A stretch of 64,000 nucleotides of DNA. Source: Lachnospiraceae bacterium (GTDB lineage: Bacteria; Bacillota; Clostridia; Lachnospirales; Lachnospiraceae). The position numbers and the translations under genes were made by a program. How positions within the stretch are numbered: position 1 is the first letter of the stretch; every line of letters starts with the position of its first letter. This document shows, piece by piece, positions 19,040-30,088 of this stretch. Location of the stretch: assembly GCA_021200995.1 (NCBI GenBank), contig JAJQFS010000063.1:33972-97971 (forward strand), written 5' to 3'. The notes under the pieces were generated by a model. The model was not told the origin of the DNA and ran no database searches. It saw only the letters and a list, made by a program, of their open reading frames with translations.

Positions 19040-19052
19040 TATAGGAGGAAAA

Positions 19053-19562
19053 GTGGAGAATAACAGAAATATGGAGTCAGAGGGCAAAAAAGAAATGACG
19101 GGCAGAGGCCATGGAGAACGTGGCGGCAGAGAGAGCCGCGGCGGTTATGGAGAGCGTGGCGGACGGGGAGGCCATGGCGGAGGAGGCAGTCCGCGTGGCC
19201 AGATGCTTCAGGAGCGCCTTAATGGGGACGAGACCGCCATTCTGGTGTTCGTGGGGTCTTTAAACTGCATCCGGCATAAGCCCTATATGAGAATCGGGGA
19301 AATGATGCAGGAAGGGAAGGCGGCGTTATTGCGCCCGTCCATGAGCGATTTTTCCAGCGGGAGATATTTAAATCAGATTGTGGACGCGATTGTGGAGTTG
19401 TCCAAAGAGCGTGGGACGAAGCATTTCGTGCTGACCTACGGCTGTCAGCGGGTGATTCTTTCCACGGACGGGGACCTGCTGGTTCAGCAGTTAAAAAATG
19501 AGTATGACATAGATCTGAAGCTGTGGGAGGACTCTCATCTGGAGTTTGGAGATCATGAGTAG
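19053..19562 (+). CDS. Small nitrogenase component-1-like protein (subdomain I only) with an N-terminal Gly/Arg/His-rich tail
   Basis: After the low-complexity N-terminus, the pattern AILVFVGSLNC ... PSMSDFSSGRYL ... TKHFVLTYGCQRVILSTDGD mirrors the first Rossmann-like subdomain of NifD/K/E/N-type proteins (HGPxGC loop, then TC..IGDD strand). The GTG start follows AGGAGG; ATG 19071 is an alternative. Confidence 0.55.
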   Translation: MENNRNMESEGKKEMTGRGHGERGGRESRGGYGERGGRGGHGGGGSPRGQMLQERLNGDETAILVFVGSLNCIRHKPYMRIGEMMQEGKAALLRPSMSDFSSGRYLNQIVDAIVELSKERGTKHFVLTYGCQRVILSTDGDLLVQQLKNEYDIDLKLWEDSHLEFGDHE

Positions 19563-19574
19563 GAGGGGATTGAT

Positions 19575-21728
<2,154 letters not shown>

Positions 21729-21808
21729 TAAAGCAGCGGAATGATGATGTCAATGCACGTTTATCATAAGAATTTTTTGTGTTGAAACGGCAATCATAAA
21801 AAATCAGC

Positions 21809-21837
21809 TTGACGAAGTACTTAGGAAATACTATAAT
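21809..21837 (+). promoter_or_regulatory. Near-consensus sigma-A promoter of the DUF234 ATPase gene
   Basis: TTGACG (21809-21814), 17-nt spacer, TATAAT (21832-21837). Confidence 0.55.
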
Positions 21838-21871
21838 CAACTCGTAAGTTACCAACTTACGAGTTGATTAT
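21833..21871 (+). repeat. Perfect 18-bp inverted repeat (3-nt spacer) overlapping the -10 box / start of the 5' UTR
   Basis: ATAATCAACTCGTAAGTT (21833-21850), ACC, AACTTACGAGTTGATTAT (21854-21871). GGAGG follows at 21878-21882. Confidence 0.85.
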
Positions 21872-21887
21872 ATCTTTGGAGGAATGT

Positions 21888-23279
21888 ATGTTTTACTGTC
21901 GGGAAGAAGAACTTCGCCTTATGAACATGCGTTATCGGAAAGACCGGTTTGAGTGTATTGTCATATATGGAAGACGGCGTGTAGGAAAAACTGCATTAAT
22001 CAATGAGTTCTGTAAAGATAAGCCAACAATTTATTTTTCCGCGTTGAATGCTTCTTCGCAGGAAAACCTTGAGGCGCTTTCCAGGGCAATTTTTGCCTGC
22101 AAAACTCCGGATACTGTTTCCACGCCTGTGTACAGCAGTTATGATGACGCGCTGGATGAAATTACGGCTATGTCCAGAGAAAAGCGTCTGGTGTTTGTGA
22201 TTGACGAATATCCTTATCTTGCGCGAGCCGAGCAATCTGTCTCTTCGAGACTGCAGCATATCATTGATCATCAGTGGCAGGATGGCAGACTGTATCTGAT
22301 TCTTTGCGGCTCTTCCATGAGTTTTATGGAATATCAGGTATTGGGATATGAAAGTCCACTGTATGGGCGGCGCACGGCGCAATTTAAAATTCAGGCGTTA
22401 ACATACAGGGAAATGACGATATTTCATCCGAAACTGTCCTGTCAGGATCAGGCGCTTTTGTATGGTGTGACGGGCGGTATTCCTCATTATATCAATAAAC
22501 TGGATGTAAAGGATGATATGGATGAGGCGGTTCTGGATAATCTGCTGGAACCTTCCAGCTATTTGTTTGAGGAACCGGAGAATCTGCTGAAGCAGGAGCT
22601 GCGGGAGCCGGCTGTCTATAATTCCGTGCTTTCCGCCGTGGCGGGCGGAGCCAGCCGCTCCAATGAAATTGCGACAAAAGTAGGAGCGGAATCTGCGGTA
22701 TGTGCTAAGTATCTGAAAGTGTTGATCGATCTGGGAATTTTGAAAAAGGAATCTCCGGTTTCAGAAAAGCCCGGCAGAAAAACAATTTATACAATAGATG
22801 ACAACTTTTTCCGTTTCTGGTATCGTTTTGTGTCCCGTAATATGTCCATGATCAGCGCCGGACGAATCCGTTCTGTTTATGAACGGGCGATTAAAAGCGG
22901 ATATCCGGATTATATGGGACTGATTTTTGAAAAAATGTGCAGAGAGTATTTGCTGCGTTATGCGAAAGAACTGCCCATCGTGTTGAGAGAAGTAGGGCAG
23001 TGGTGGGGAAGTGACCGTGAAACGCATCAGGAAGTGCAGATTGATATTGTGGGTTTGCCGGTGGATGGAAATGCCTGCCTGATTGGTTCCTGTAAATATC
23101 GGAATGAGAAGGTCGGCGTGGAGGAACTGAAACTTTTACAGAAATATGCTTCTGTGTTTCGTCCCGGTGGTACTTTTTATTACTATATTTTCTCTAAAAG
23201 CGGATTTACGCAGCCTTTACTGGAACTGGAAAAGCAGGGAAGGGTCACTTTACTGACATTGGAGGATCTTTATGCGTGA
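21888..23279 (+). CDS. AAA-ATPase with a DUF234-type C-terminal domain (PD-(D/E)xK-like)
   Basis: I trimmed to ATG 21888, 5 nt after GGAGG. Walker A YGRRRVGKTAL, Walker B VFVIDEYPYL, and a C-terminal EVQIDIVGL...LIGSCKYRNEKV nuclease-like motif. Confidence 0.8.
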   Translation: MFYCREEELRLMNMRYRKDRFECIVIYGRRRVGKTALINEFCKDKPTIYFSALNASSQENLEALSRAIFACKTPDTVSTPVYSSYDDALDEITAMSREKRLVFVIDEYPYLARAEQSVSSRLQHIIDHQWQDGRLYLILCGSSMSFMEYQVLGYESPLYGRRTAQFKIQALTYREMTIFHPKLSCQDQALLYGVTGGIPHYINKLDVKDDMDEAVLDNLLEPSSYLFEEPENLLKQELREPAVYNSVLSAVAGGASRSNEIATKVGAESAVCAKYLKVLIDLGILKKESPVSEKPGRKTIYTIDDNFFRFWYRFVSRNMSMISAGRIRSVYERAIKSGYPDYMGLIFEKMCREYLLRYAKELPIVLREVGQWWGSDRETHQEVQIDIVGLPVDGNACLIGSCKYRNEKVGVEELKLLQKYASVFRPGGTFYYYIFSKSGFTQPLLELEKQGRVTLLTLEDLYA

Positions 23280-23368
23280 CGGCTGAATTTATTCCAGGGA
23301 AAGGATCAGAATTGTGGGAGAAAGAAACCGACGGAAAGTTCGCAATTTATACAGGAGACCAAGGATAA

Positions 23369-24691
23369 ATGGAACGAAATAATATACGCTATGCGTGTTA
23401 TGTACAGATTTTAGAGGAGGAGCTGGTGCCGGCCATGGGCTGCACGGAACCGATTGCCTTAGCTTACGCCGCCGCGAAGGCGAGAGAACTTTTAGGGGAG
23501 CTGCCGGATAAGGTGGTGCTGCAGGTCAGCGGCAGTATTATCAAGAATGTGAAGAGCGTGATCGTACCGGGCACCAATCACTGGAAGGGGCTGGAGGCCG
23601 CGGCCGCGGCGGGAATTATCGCCGGACACGCGGAACGGGAGCTGGAGGTGCTCTCCGGGGTGGATGATGAGGAGAGAAACGCCATGAGCCGGTATCTCGA
23701 CCGCGTGAATATTACGGTGGAGCATATCGAGGAAGGGCATATTTTTGATATCATCGTGACGGAATATGCAGGGGAGCATTCTGCGAAGGTCCGGATTGCG
23801 GATCATCACACGGAGATTGTCCTGATGGAAAAGGATGGAGAGATATTGTATCAGAAAAATACTGCATCTGGTTCCGGTACGGACGGCAGTTTGGCGAAGA
23901 CTGGCTCAAACGGAAACGGCGCGGATCAAATTGCTGACCGCGGTCTTCTGACCGTGGAGGGAATCTGGGACTTTGCCAACACCTGCGATTTAAAGGATGT
24001 AGAGGAAGTGCTGGACCGTCAGATCCGTTATAATACCGCCATCGCGGAGGAAGGGCTGAAGGGAGATTACGGCGCGAATATCGGGAAAGTGCTGCTGCAA
24101 TCCAACGGCTCTGACGTACGCACCAGGGCGCGGGCCTACGCGGCCGCGGGGAGCGACGCCAGGATGAACGGCTGTGAACTGCCTGTGATTATCAACAGCG
24201 GCAGCGGCAACCAGGGCATGACCTGCTCCCTGCCGCTTATCGTCTATGCAGAGGAGCTTGGCGCAAGCCACGAGAAGCTTCTGCGTGCCCTGATTATCAG
24301 TAACCTGATCAGCATCCATGAGAAAACCGGGATTGGTACCCTGAGCGCCTACTGCGGCGCGGTCAGCGCGGGTGCGGGCGCGGGCGCGGGAATCGCCTAT
24401 CTGAAGGGCGGCGATTATCAGACCATTATTCATACGGTAGTGAATGCGCTCGCGATTGTCAGCGGCATTATCTGCGACGGCGCCAAGGCCAGCTGCGCGG
24501 CCAAAATCGCCAGCAGCGTGGACGCCGGAATCCTGGGCTATGAAATGTACTGCTGCGGCCAGGAATTCAAGGCCGGCGACGGGATCGTGATGAAGGGCAT
24601 CGAGGCTACCATCGACAGCATCGGTCGCCTGGGGAAGGACGGGATGCGTGCGACGAATGACGAGATTATTTCCCTGATGATCGGGGAGTGA
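23369..24691 (+). CDS. UPF0597 / L-cysteine desulfidase-like (serine dehydratase alpha-like) family protein
   Basis: 440 aa. N-terminal LVPAMGCTEPIALAYAAAKA and later SGSGNQG and SGIICDGAK blocks are typical of this family. Confidence 0.8.
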   Translation: MERNNIRYACYVQILEEELVPAMGCTEPIALAYAAAKARELLGELPDKVVLQVSGSIIKNVKSVIVPGTNHWKGLEAAAAAGIIAGHAERELEVLSGVDDEERNAMSRYLDRVNITVEHIEEGHIFDIIVTEYAGEHSAKVRIADHHTEIVLMEKDGEILYQKNTASGSGTDGSLAKTGSNGNGADQIADRGLLTVEGIWDFANTCDLKDVEEVLDRQIRYNTAIAEEGLKGDYGANIGKVLLQSNGSDVRTRARAYAAAGSDARMNGCELPVIINSGSGNQGMTCSLPLIVYAEELGASHEKLLRALIISNLISIHEKTGIGTLSAYCGAVSAGAGAGAGIAYLKGGDYQTIIHTVVNALAIVSGIICDGAKASCAAKIASSVDAGILGYEMYCCGQEFKAGDGIVMKGIEATIDSIGRLGKDGMRATNDEIISLMIGE

Positions 24692-24749
24692 GACAGTGCT
24701 CTGATTACCGGGAAGAGATATTCCCCGTTATTAGCGTGAGGCAGATTTT

Positions 24750-27386
24750 ATGGGAGAGGGAAAAGAAGCGAACACACAACAGCATATCTGCATCGGCCTT
24801 TTAGCTCATGTGGACTCCGGCAAGACGACCCTGGCGGAGTCCATTCTCTATACCCGGAACGCGATCAGAAAGCAGGGCAGGGTGGATCACGGGGACGCCT
24901 TCCTAGACACGGATCAGATGGAGAAGGCGCGGGGCATTACGATTTTTTCCAAGGAAGCGCGGGTGCGGATCGGCGAATATGAGGCAGTGCTTCTGGATAC
25001 GCCGGGTCATACGGATTTTGGCGCGGAGATGGAGCGGGCGCTTCAGGTGCTGGATTACGCCATTTTGGTGATCAGCGGCTCCGAGGGCATCCAGAGCCAT
25101 GTGCGGACACTCTGGCAGCTTTTACAAAAGCACAGTATTCCGGTCTTTTTGTTTGTCAATAAAATGGACCTGCCGGGATGTGATCGTGAGGTGCTGATGC
25201 AGGTTTTGCAAAAGGAGCTGAGCGGCGACTGTGTAGACTTTACGGATACGTCGAACCAGAATTTCCTGGAAAGCGTGGCTGAACGTTCCGAGGATTTGCT
25301 GGAATATTATTTACAGGGTAAAGATCTGCCCGTGCATCTGATTGGGGAGCTGATTTTGGAGCGGAAGCTTTTCCCATGTTATTTTGGCTCCGCCCTGAAA
25401 AATGAGGGCGTGAAGGAACTGCTGACCAGTCTGGAAACCTATATGCTTCCGGTACGCTATCCGCATGAATTCGGTGCGCGTGTGTATAAAATTTCCCGGG
25501 ACGATAAGGGAAGCCGTCTGACGCATTTAAAAGTGACCGGCGGGATGCTGCAGGTGAAGGCTCTCATCGGTGAGGAAAAAATCAACGAGATCCGCCTGTA
25601 TTCCGGCGCGGATTATGAGCAGGTGAACGAGGCAAAGGCAGGGACTCTCTGCGTGGTGACGGGGCTTACGGCTTCTTACAGCGGGCAGGGGCTGGGCTTT
25701 GAGCGGGAGGAAATGCCTCCAACGCTGGAACCGGCATTGTCTTATCGGATGATTCTGCCGGACGGCTGCGATGTCTATCAGACCTATCTGAAAATCAGAC
25801 AGCTTATGGAGGAGGACCCGCAGCTGAAGATCCTCTGGGTGGAGCAGAAGAGAGAAATTCAGGTGCAGTTCATGGGTGAGGTACAGATTGAAGTCGTGCG
25901 CGCCATGATACAGGACCGGTTTCAGTTAGCGGTTTCATTTGACGAGGGGAGTATTATTTATAAGGAAACAATTGCCGCGCCGGTGGAGGGTGTGGGGCAT
26001 TTTGAGCCGCTGCGCCACTACGCGGAGGTGCATCTGTGGATGGAGCCGGGAGAGCCGGGCAGCGGCCTGACCTTTGATTCGATCTGCAGTGAGGATGTGC
26101 TGGACCGCAACTGGCAGCGGCTGATTCTGACGCATTTAAAAGAACGCAGGCACAAAGGGGTGCTCACGGGCAGCGAGCTGACGGATGTGCGGATTTCGCT
26201 TACGGCGGGACGCGCACATCCAAAGCACACTGAGGGCGGTGATTTCAGGCAGGCGACTTACCGGGCGGTCCGCCAGGGACTGATGCGGACGGAAAATATC
26301 CTGCTGGAGCCGATGTATGAGTTTGAGCTGACACTGCCCATGGAGAATGTAGGCAGGGCCATGAACGATATTAACCGGATGAGCGGAACGTTTGAAGGAC
26401 CTGTCACGAATGAAATAAAGACAGACGGTGGTGACGGGATGACTGCAACCCTCTCCGGCAGAGCGCCCGTATCCACAATGCAGGGCTACCAGAGGGAGGT
26501 GGCTTCCTATACCAGAGGGCTTGGCCGGCTGAAGCTGCGCCTGGCAGGCTACGCGCCCTGTCATAATACGGAGGAGGTTCTGGAGGCGGCACACTATCTT
26601 CCGGAGGAGGATCTGGAGAATACGGCGGACAGTGTGTTCTGCGCCCATGGCGCAGGATTTGTGGTGCCATGGGATCAGGTGGAGGAATATATGCACCTGG
26701 AGACCGGGCTGACGGAGGCGTATGAGCGGGAGGCACCTGCCCAGCAGTCCTACCGCGCACAGCGAAAAGAACAGGAGAACAGTTCTGCATCGGACTTTAT
26801 TTCCCAGGAAGAAATCGACGCCATCTTCGCCCGCACCTACGGCACCACTTCACGTAAAAAGGAAGGCTGGGAGCGCATATCCCGGTCGGTTTCTCGTCCT
26901 GCGGCAGCGTCCGCAAAAGAGTATGTTTACCAACCAAAGCAACACAAACCTGAGGAGGAGTATCTCCTCGTGGACGGCTATAACATCATTTTTGCCTGGG
27001 AGGAGCTTTCCGCCATTGCTGCCGTCAACATCGACGGCACCCGTGATCGCCTGGCGGACATTCTCTGCAATTACCAGGGCTACAAAAAGATGACGGTCAT
27101 CCTCGTTTTCGACGCCTACCGCGTGGCCGGACACCGGGAAACCGTGCAGCAGTACCATAATATTTACATCGTTTACACAAAGGAAGCGGAGACCGCGGAT
27201 CATTATATTGAAAAGACGGTCAAACGTATGGCCGGCAAATATAAGGTGACCGTGGCGACCTCCGACCGCCTGGAGCAGATGATTATCTGGGGCCGCGGCG
27301 CCACACGCTTAAGTGCGAGAGAACTTTTTGAGGAGGTGGAGCGGACCGGGCAGGAGATACGGGAGTATCTATCTTTACACCCGTAA
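24750..27386 (+). CDS. TetM/EF-G-type translational GTPase fused to a C-terminal YacP/Rae1-type NYN ribonuclease domain
   Basis: G1 AHVDSGKT, G3 DTPGH, G4 NKMD, with EF-G-like domains through about residue 650. After a charged linker, residues ~738-878 read LLVDGYNIIFAW, VILVFDAY, ETADHYIE, VATSDRLEQMIIWGRGATRLSARELFEEV (YacP/Rae1 pattern). Confidence 0.85.
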   Translation: MGEGKEANTQQHICIGLLAHVDSGKTTLAESILYTRNAIRKQGRVDHGDAFLDTDQMEKARGITIFSKEARVRIGEYEAVLLDTPGHTDFGAEMERALQVLDYAILVISGSEGIQSHVRTLWQLLQKHSIPVFLFVNKMDLPGCDREVLMQVLQKELSGDCVDFTDTSNQNFLESVAERSEDLLEYYLQGKDLPVHLIGELILERKLFPCYFGSALKNEGVKELLTSLETYMLPVRYPHEFGARVYKISRDDKGSRLTHLKVTGGMLQVKALIGEEKINEIRLYSGADYEQVNEAKAGTLCVVTGLTASYSGQGLGFEREEMPPTLEPALSYRMILPDGCDVYQTYLKIRQLMEEDPQLKILWVEQKREIQVQFMGEVQIEVVRAMIQDRFQLAVSFDEGSIIYKETIAAPVEGVGHFEPLRHYAEVHLWMEPGEPGSGLTFDSICSEDVLDRNWQRLILTHLKERRHKGVLTGSELTDVRISLTAGRAHPKHTEGGDFRQATYRAVRQGLMRTENILLEPMYEFELTLPMENVGRAMNDINRMSGTFEGPVTNEIKTDGGDGMTATLSGRAPVSTMQGYQREVASYTRGLGRLKLRLAGYAPCHNTEEVLEAAHYLPEEDLENTADSVFCAHGAGFVVPWDQVEEYMHLETGLTEAYEREAPAQQSYRAQRKEQENSSASDFISQEEIDAIFARTYGTTSRKKEGWERISRSVSRPAAASAKEYVYQPKQHKPEEEYLLVDGYNIIFAWEELSAIAAVNIDGTRDRLADILCNYQGYKKMTVILVFDAYRVAGHRETVQQYHNIYIVYTKEAETADHYIEKTVKRMAGKYKVTVATSDRLEQMIIWGRGATRLSARELFEEVERTGQEIREYLSLHP

Positions 27387-27674
27387 CAGCAGAGCAGATA
27401 TACGCCGATCTTGCCAGATCCCGGCAGCAGATAGCGGAAGGCAGGGGAATTCCTATGGAGAAAGCATTGGAAGAAATTGGCAGAAAGCATGGTTTTATTA
27501 TATGTAAAAAATATCTTAAAAAATCTTGAATTTTATCTTTATCTCTTCTGGAAAATAATGTATAGTGAAATATAGCGTAAAGCTATATTCCGTTCTAAAT
27601 CATTTCGATTGGCCTGCCGCCGCCATCCGGTGGTAAACTGGTTGAAAACGCAGAACACCAAAGGAGAGAAACAA

Positions 27675-28223
27675 ATGAAAAACAATTCCGTCAGAAATGT
27701 CGTCGCAATCGGTATCGGCGCCGCACTGTTCTTTGTGCTGGGCCGCTTCGTGGCTATCCCCAGTGGGATTCCGAACACCAACATCAGCTTACAGTACGCC
27801 ATTCTGGGCATGCTGGCTGCGATGTACGGCCCCGTGGCAGGCGCGCTGATCGGCTTCATTGGTCATACCCTGATTGACTTATCCTGGGGCGGCAGCCCGT
27901 GGTGGAGCTGGGTCATCGCCTCTACTTTTGTCGGCGCCATCGTCGGCCTTGTCGCGAAGAGACTGAATATCAGTGAGGGTGAGTTCGGCAAGTCTCAGAT
28001 TATTCTTTTTAATGTCGCGAATGTGGTGGCCAACGCCGTCGCCTGGATTATCATTGCGCCGGTTCTGGACATTCTGATTTACGCTGAGCCTGCCAATAAG
28101 GTATTCGCGCAGGGCGCGATGGCCGCTGTCGCCAATATTCTGACTGCCTGCATCATCGGTACCCTTCTGCTGCTGGCCTACACCAAGACCATCGCCAAAA
28201 AGGGCTCCCTGGATCAGGAATAA
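27675..28223 (+). CDS. ECF transporter S component, UPF0397 family (substrate unknown)
   Basis: I trimmed to ATG 27675, after AAGGAGAG. VVAIGIGAALFFVLGRFVAIP...NISLQYAILGML...GFIGHTLIDL...KVFAQG matches my memory of streptococcal UPF0397 proteins. Confidence 0.8.
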   Translation: MKNNSVRNVVAIGIGAALFFVLGRFVAIPSGIPNTNISLQYAILGMLAAMYGPVAGALIGFIGHTLIDLSWGGSPWWSWVIASTFVGAIVGLVAKRLNISEGEFGKSQIILFNVANVVANAVAWIIIAPVLDILIYAEPANKVFAQGAMAAVANILTACIIGTLLLLAYTKTIAKKGSLDQE

Positions 28224-28375
28224 GTACTATGGAATAACTGCAGAAAGAGCAGGGCTGTTCGCCTTGCTCTTTTTCGTGGTGCGGCATATAACAGAGAAGT
28301 ACGATATAAAGCAAACGGGCAGATATTTCGGAAATGTCTGTTTTCAAAAAGTAAAATCAACAGCGAGAGAAAACG

Positions 28376-30088
28376 ATGCAGCCTATTATTTCCTTTAAAA
28401 ACTTCGGTTTTCAGTACCGGGCGCAAAAGCACCCGACCCTCTACGATATCAACCTGGATATCTATCCGGGCGAGCGAGTCCTGATCGCGGGACCCTCCGG
28501 CAGCGGTAAGTCCACCATCGGCAACTGCTTAAACGGCCTGATTCCCTTCAGCTACACCGGCGAGTGCACCGGGAGCCTTACCGTGGACGGCGTGGACGCC
28601 CCCAAATCCGGCATCTTTGAGCTGTCCCGGCATGTGGGCACGGTCCTGCAGGATCCGGACGGACAATTTATCGGGCTGACGGTGGCCGAGGACATCGCTT
28701 TTGCTCTGGAGAATGACTGCGTCCCGCAGGATGAGATGCATGAGACAGTGCGTAAGGTAGCGGAGATGGTCGGAATCACCGAGCGCATGGAATATGCGCC
28801 GCATGAGCTGTCCGGCGGACAGAAGCAGCGTGTGAGTCTGGGCGGCGTCATGGTGGACCAGGTGAAGATTTTGCTTTTCGACGAGCCGTTGGCCAACCTG
28901 GACCCGGCCACCGGCAAACAGGCCATTGAGTTGATTGACGATATTCAGAAGCGTACGGATACCACGGTGGTCATTATCGAGCATCGCTTAGAGGACGTCC
29001 TCTGGAAAAACGTGGACCGCATTATTTTAGTCAGCGAAGGACGGATCGCGGCGGATTTAAAGCCGGACGACCTGCTCAGCACCAGTCTGTTGACGGAGCA
29101 CGGCATCCGCGAACCGCTGTACCTGACCGCCTTAAAATACGCCGGCGTGGAGATCACTCCTGAGAAAAAGTCCGCTCATGTCGATACAGTGGTACTGGAT
29201 GAAAGCGACAAACAGAAGGTGCGCGACTGGTTTACCTCTGCGCCTCCCGCTCCCGCAAAGCCTGAGCGGCCGGTGCTTTTAGAGGTAAAAGACGTGACCT
29301 TCGGCTATAATCCGGAGACCGTGACGCTTCATGATATCAGCTTTCAGATCCGGGAAGGCGAGATGCTCAGCATCGTGGGACGAAACGGCGCGGGCAAATC
29401 CACCATGTCCAAGCTGATCTGCGGCTTCGAGCCACTGACGCAGGGCAAGGTATATTTTAAAGGAAAAGATGTCACCAATGATACCATCCGCGAGCGTGCC
29501 GCCCATATTGGTTATGTCATGCAGAATCCTAACCAGATGATTTCCAAGACCATGATTTTTGACGAGGTGGCTCTGGGCGTTCGCAATCAGGGCCTGAGCG
29601 AGGCCGAGATCAGGGAAAAAGTGGAGGCGTCATTGAAAATCTGCGGCCTCTATCCCTTCCGCAACTGGCCGATCTCCGCACTCTCCTTCGGGCAGAAAAA
29701 GCGTGTGACCATCGCCAGCGTCCTGGTGATGGGGCCGGAACTGATTATCTTAGACGAGCCGACCGCGGGCCAGGATTTTAAGCATTATACGGAAATTATG
29801 GAATTCCTTCGTTCCTTAAACGACCAGGGAGTGACGGTGGTGATGATCACGCACGACATGCACCTGATGCTGGAATACACGCCCAGAGCTCTGGTGTTTA
29901 ACAATGGCCGCCTGGTCTGTGATGAGGCATCCTCTGTGGTGCTGTGCAATCCGGACTTGGTGAAGGAAGCCGCGTTAAAGGAGACAAGCCTGTTCACACT
30001 GGCCAACCGCTGCGGTATTATGCCGCCGGAAGCCTTTGTGGACCACTTTATTGACGCTGACAGGGAGGTGAGAGACAATGGCCGCTAA
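28376..30088 (+). CDS. ECF/ABC transporter ATPase with two fused ATP-binding cassettes
   Basis: Two Walker A motifs (GPSGSGKST, GRNGAGKST), two signature motifs (LSGGQKQR, LSFGQKKR) and two Walker B motifs (LLFDEP, IILDEP). Confidence 0.92.
   Translation: MQPIISFKNFGFQYRAQKHPTLYDINLDIYPGERVLIAGPSGSGKSTIGNCLNGLIPFSYTGECTGSLTVDGVDAPKSGIFELSRHVGTVLQDPDGQFIGLTVAEDIAFALENDCVPQDEMHETVRKVAEMVGITERMEYAPHELSGGQKQRVSLGGVMVDQVKILLFDEPLANLDPATGKQAIELIDDIQKRTDTTVVIIEHRLEDVLWKNVDRIILVSEGRIAADLKPDDLLSTSLLTEHGIREPLYLTALKYAGVEITPEKKSAHVDTVVLDESDKQKVRDWFTSAPPAPAKPERPVLLEVKDVTFGYNPETVTLHDISFQIREGEMLSIVGRNGAGKSTMSKLICGFEPLTQGKVYFKGKDVTNDTIRERAAHIGYVMQNPNQMISKTMIFDEVALGVRNQGLSEAEIREKVEASLKICGLYPFRNWPISALSFGQKKRVTIASVLVMGPELIILDEPTAGQDFKHYTEIMEFLRSLNDQGVTVVMITHDMHLMLEYTPRALVFNNGRLVCDEASSVVLCNPDLVKEAALKETSLFTLANRCGIMPPEAFVDHFIDADREVRDNGR

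Noticed and set aside
24750-26700. Annotating the GTPase as a tetracycline-resistance ribosomal protection protein (tet(M)/(O)/(W)-like).
   Set aside because: Only the general family layout is recognisable by eye. Many non-resistance paralogues exist in Clostridia, and the C-terminal NYN domain is foreign to Tet proteins. Resistance cannot be inferred from the sequence.
27455-27529. A 24-codon ORF (MEKALEEIGRKHGFIICKKYLKKS) downstream of the GTPase-NYN gene.
   Set aside because: It is very short, has no RBS, and runs into AT-rich promoter-like DNA. There is no supporting signal.
27400-27674. A TPP (or other known vitamin) riboswitch upstream of the YkoEDC-like ECF module.
   Set aside because: I found no CTGAGA / ACCTGATCTGGATAATGCCAGCG-type TPP core and no FMN, THF, preQ1 or cobalamin core. 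Only a generic hairpin is visible, reported as an unassigned leader.
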